Shown: positions 5,325 to 7,438 of the stretch, one piece after another
How the letters are laid out: each line of letters begins with the position of its first letter
Position numbering within the stretch: position 1 is the first letter of the stretch
Source: an uncultured Muribaculaceae bacterium
Lineage (GTDB): Bacteria; Bacillota_I; Bacilli_A; RF39; UBA660
NCBI GenBank assembly: GCA_964372175.1
Contig: CAYJPP010000025.1
Span: 1 to 7,438 of the forward strand
Direction: 5' to 3'
DNA length: 7,438 bases
Made by a program: the position numbers and the translations under genes
Notes under the pieces: generated by a model
Databases searched by the model: none
Told to the model about the DNA's origin: nothing
What the model saw: only the letters and a program-made list of their open reading frames with translations

Positions 5325-7336
5325 CGTTTCATCCCACCTTTATAGTCATTTATGTAAAAAGGAAGATCATCGTCATCCATTATTCGATACCCATCACTAT
5401 TCGACTGATCTGCATAAGCTGTTGTATTCCCATCTTTTAAGCGAATTTCTGCTACTTTTTCAATTCTCTTATCATCACCATGTGTCCATAAAGAATCAAA
5501 TATTGTAACTAACTCTGGTTCTAATCTAGAAACAAATTCTCGGACTTTTTCTACATTTTCATCATCTGCATAAGATAAACCCACTGTTGTTGCCCATTTT
5601 TCTGATATATCCATATATAAATCAGAATCATTATATTTATCTGCAATAACATCTTCTAATGTAATTACTTTTTGATTACAAAAATGTACGAAATCTCTTG
5701 TTAAATCATCACCAATTAATGCTCGCAGCATTTCTGGTTGACGAGTTCTATAAAGCATTTTAGAAGCCATTTCCCACTTTCTAGGATCAGCATTAGGCCT
5801 TTTACCAGTATATTGTGAACGAAGTGCTTGATCCCCTTTAAACGCAATATATGCGTATATTGATGGATGAATCTTGCGTTCTTGTTTTTGCTCTTCAAAA
5901 TCTAACTTTTCAACTTTTTTATCAGCTGTCATGGCCCACTTAAGCCAATCTTCAACTTTTGTATTTATATAAACATGAGCAAATCTATTAAATAATGGCT
6001 CTGCAAGTTGATTAGCTGCTAATGAATCATTATAGTCATTTCCTGCTGCTACAACTCTTGCGTTGTCTGGAAGTTTCCAAATCCCATTTACTTCTCTATC
6101 TAAAACAATATTGTACGCCATGCCTTGAATTGCGGGAAGTGCATTTGTAATTTCATCAAAGAAAATAATATTTATTTTATCTGGATTTGCTTCACATTTT
6201 GCTTTTAATTTTTTATACCAGGTTGGTGGAACATCTATCATCTCACCAGTTGCTGGATTATATACACTTTTTCCATTTAATGAATCAGGAGTTGCATTTC
6301 TTAGATAAATTATTTCTAAGTCTGGATCAAGTTGTTTAACCCTTGCACTTTTCCCCTCACTTGACTGACCGTGTAGGAAAACCGCTACACCAGATTCTAC
6401 TGTTCCTCTAATAATATCTTCTTCACTAACACCCTTAAAATCAAAATTATAAGGATTCTTTTTTCTAGCAGTTTCTTGGATTTCTATTCCTTGTTCTGCA
6501 ACTTGTGCTAAAGTTCTAGTTGTTTTTATATCTTTTGAAAAATGATTATCCATAAATCTTTTTATTTCAGTATTTTTAAAATCACCATCATATCTTCCAG
6601 GTTGATTAAATCGCACACCTGCAAATATTCCCCTTTTAGAAACTAACATTTTTGATTGTTCATCAACTAACCATTTAATCGGTTGTACTTCAATCCAAAC
6701 AGTATCGCCAATACTTACCGAAACACCATTAGCAATAGTTGTAGGATTGTTGCATAATGTTTTCACTTCTACGCGAACATATCTTTTTCCATTATATTCA
6801 TATTCTTGATGTTGTTGTGCACGAAAATCTTTGTCATAAGCATCATAATTTCTTGAATCAGTTGTATATGTTTTGCCAGTAGTTTTTATTCCTCGTGATT
6901 GATATTCACGCTCAAGATTTTCACCAAGTCTTTTATCAACTGCTTGTTGTGGGTATTCGCCATATTGAATTTCGGGAACAACACCTACTCCCCTCACTAT
7001 GTTCGGGGAGATTAAAGAGATGTCAGAGTACAGTGAAGCTGGGCGGGCAGTGGCATTTCGTTTATATGGAGAGAGCCAATTACAAAAACCATGATCTAAG
7101 ACAGCGCGAACACACCCATCACCAGCGGAAGATGACGAAAAATAATATCCGGCTCGATCTTTTAAATCGTTCCCCTCTGATGTATGTTGAGCTTCAAATT
7201 TTACAAATCCGCCTAAAAGAATTGAAAAATCGCTTACTGCCATTCTCATACCATATTTTTTTAATATATCTAATTTTCTATCACCGTATAATTGATCATC
7301 AGTTAAAAAAACAAAATCATTTATTTCTTGTTTCAT
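5321..7336 (-). CDS. MoxR/AAA_5-like AAA+ ATPase with a large N-terminal DUF6273-like domain and a helical C-terminal extension
   Basis: 671-aa ORF. RBS AGGTGAGGA (plus 7341-7349) lies 4 nt before the ATG. Walker A is GQSSEGKS (aa 323-330, nt 6347-6370). Walker B is IIFFDE (aa 390-395, nt 6152-6169). Sensor-1-like VVAAGN and Arg-containing PLFNRF are present. There is no signal peptide or TM segment. The N-terminal ~270 aa lack ATPase motifs. The C-terminus has an acidic MDDDDLPFY tail. Confidence 0.9.
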   Translation of the reverse strand: MKQEINDFVFLTDDQLYGDRKLDILKKYGMRMAVSDFSILLGGFVKFEAQHTSEGNDLKDRAGYYFSSSSAGDGCVRAVLDHGFCNWLSPYKRNATARPASLYSDISLISPNIVRGVGVVPEIQYGEYPQQAVDKRLGENLEREYQSRGIKTTGKTYTTDSRNYDAYDKDFRAQQHQEYEYNGKRYVRVEVKTLCNNPTTIANGVSVSIGDTVWIEVQPIKWLVDEQSKMLVSKRGIFAGVRFNQPGRYDGDFKNTEIKRFMDNHFSKDIKTTRTLAQVAEQGIEIQETARKKNPYNFDFKGVSEEDIIRGTVESGVAVFLHGQSSEGKSARVKQLDPDLEIIYLRNATPDSLNGKSVYNPATGEMIDVPPTWYKKLKAKCEANPDKINIIFFDEITNALPAIQGMAYNIVLDREVNGIWKLPDNARVVAAGNDYNDSLAANQLAEPLFNRFAHVYINTKVEDWLKWAMTADKKVEKLDFEEQKQERKIHPSIYAYIAFKGDQALRSQYTGKRPNADPRKWEMASKMLYRTRQPEMLRALIGDDLTRDFVHFCNQKVITLEDVIADKYNDSDLYMDISEKWATTVGLSYADDENVEKVREFVSRLEPELVTIFDSLWTHGDDKRIEKVAEIRLKDGNTTAYADQSNSDGYRIMDDDDLPFYINDYKGGMKR

Positions 7337-7340
7337 AAGT

Positions 7341-7366
7341 TCCTCACCTGTAAGTAAATAATACCA
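7341..7366 (-). promoter_or_regulatory. RBS and candidate extended -10 promoter of the three-gene cassette
   Basis: The minus strand reads TATGGTATTATTTACTTACAGGTGAGGAACTTATG. This gives TGgTATTAT (TATTAT = plus 7358-7363, TG = plus 7365-7366) with only a weak -35 (TAGTAA). The predicted leader is very short, so the true promoter may lie further upstream, outside the window. Confidence 0.35.
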
Positions 7367-7438
7367 TAAATAGCGTATTTTTACTAGTGTTTCTGCTTAT
7401 TTTCATACTTTTTTCATTTTATTTAAACTTACTTTTGA

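Noticed and set aside
5716-5898. 60-aa minus-strand ORF in an alternative frame inside the ATPase gene
   Set aside because: It is nested out of frame in a long supported CDS and has no RBS or motifs.
6895-7338. 147-aa plus-strand ORF antisense to the 5' part of the ATPase gene
   Set aside because: It has no RBS and coincides with the GC-rich patch, which lowers stop-codon density on the opposite strand. The minus-strand frame carries a strong RBS and continuous homology-like motifs.
1-7438. CRISPR array, IS element or transposase, integrase, or long terminal inverted repeats
   Set aside because: No regularly spaced direct repeats are visible. No ORF shows DDE, serine-recombinase or tyrosine-recombinase hallmarks. 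No matching long inverted repeats flank the cassette within the window.

Overview
This is a very AT-rich segment with Gram-positive-style signals: strong GGAGG-type ribosome-binding sites, and TGA used as a stop codon. It most likely comes from a low-GC Bacillota genome.

Left part (1-2880): a minus-strand gene string runs DUF1294-like membrane protein, then OmpR-family response regulator, then histidine kinase. The regulator and kinase genes overlap by 8 nt. The ribosome-binding site of a further minus-strand gene sits at the left edge. A small acidic lipoprotein is transcribed divergently, with a near-consensus SigA promoter and an intrinsic terminator.

Middle (2853-3375): about 520 bp with no supportable ORF, but with several hairpins and direct repeats.

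Right part (3376-7336): the most interesting content is a translationally coupled three-gene minus-strand cassette.
- A 671-aa protein with a ~270-aa non-ATPase N-terminal domain fused to a MoxR/AAA_5-like AAA+ core.
- A 133-aa protein that, by eye, is a catalytically dead copy of that same AAA+ core.
- A 512-aa protein with an HExxH zincin peptidase domain and an intact-MIDAS VWA domain (DUF2201-type architecture). About 190 aa of Q/S/E/K low complexity interrupts it.

I interpret the cassette as a candidate MoxR-VWA-type, NTP-dependent conflict module (anti-phage or mobile-element associated) of unknown function. No integrase, transposase, tRNA, rRNA or CRISPR array is visible. All family assignments come from motif reading and memory, not from searches.
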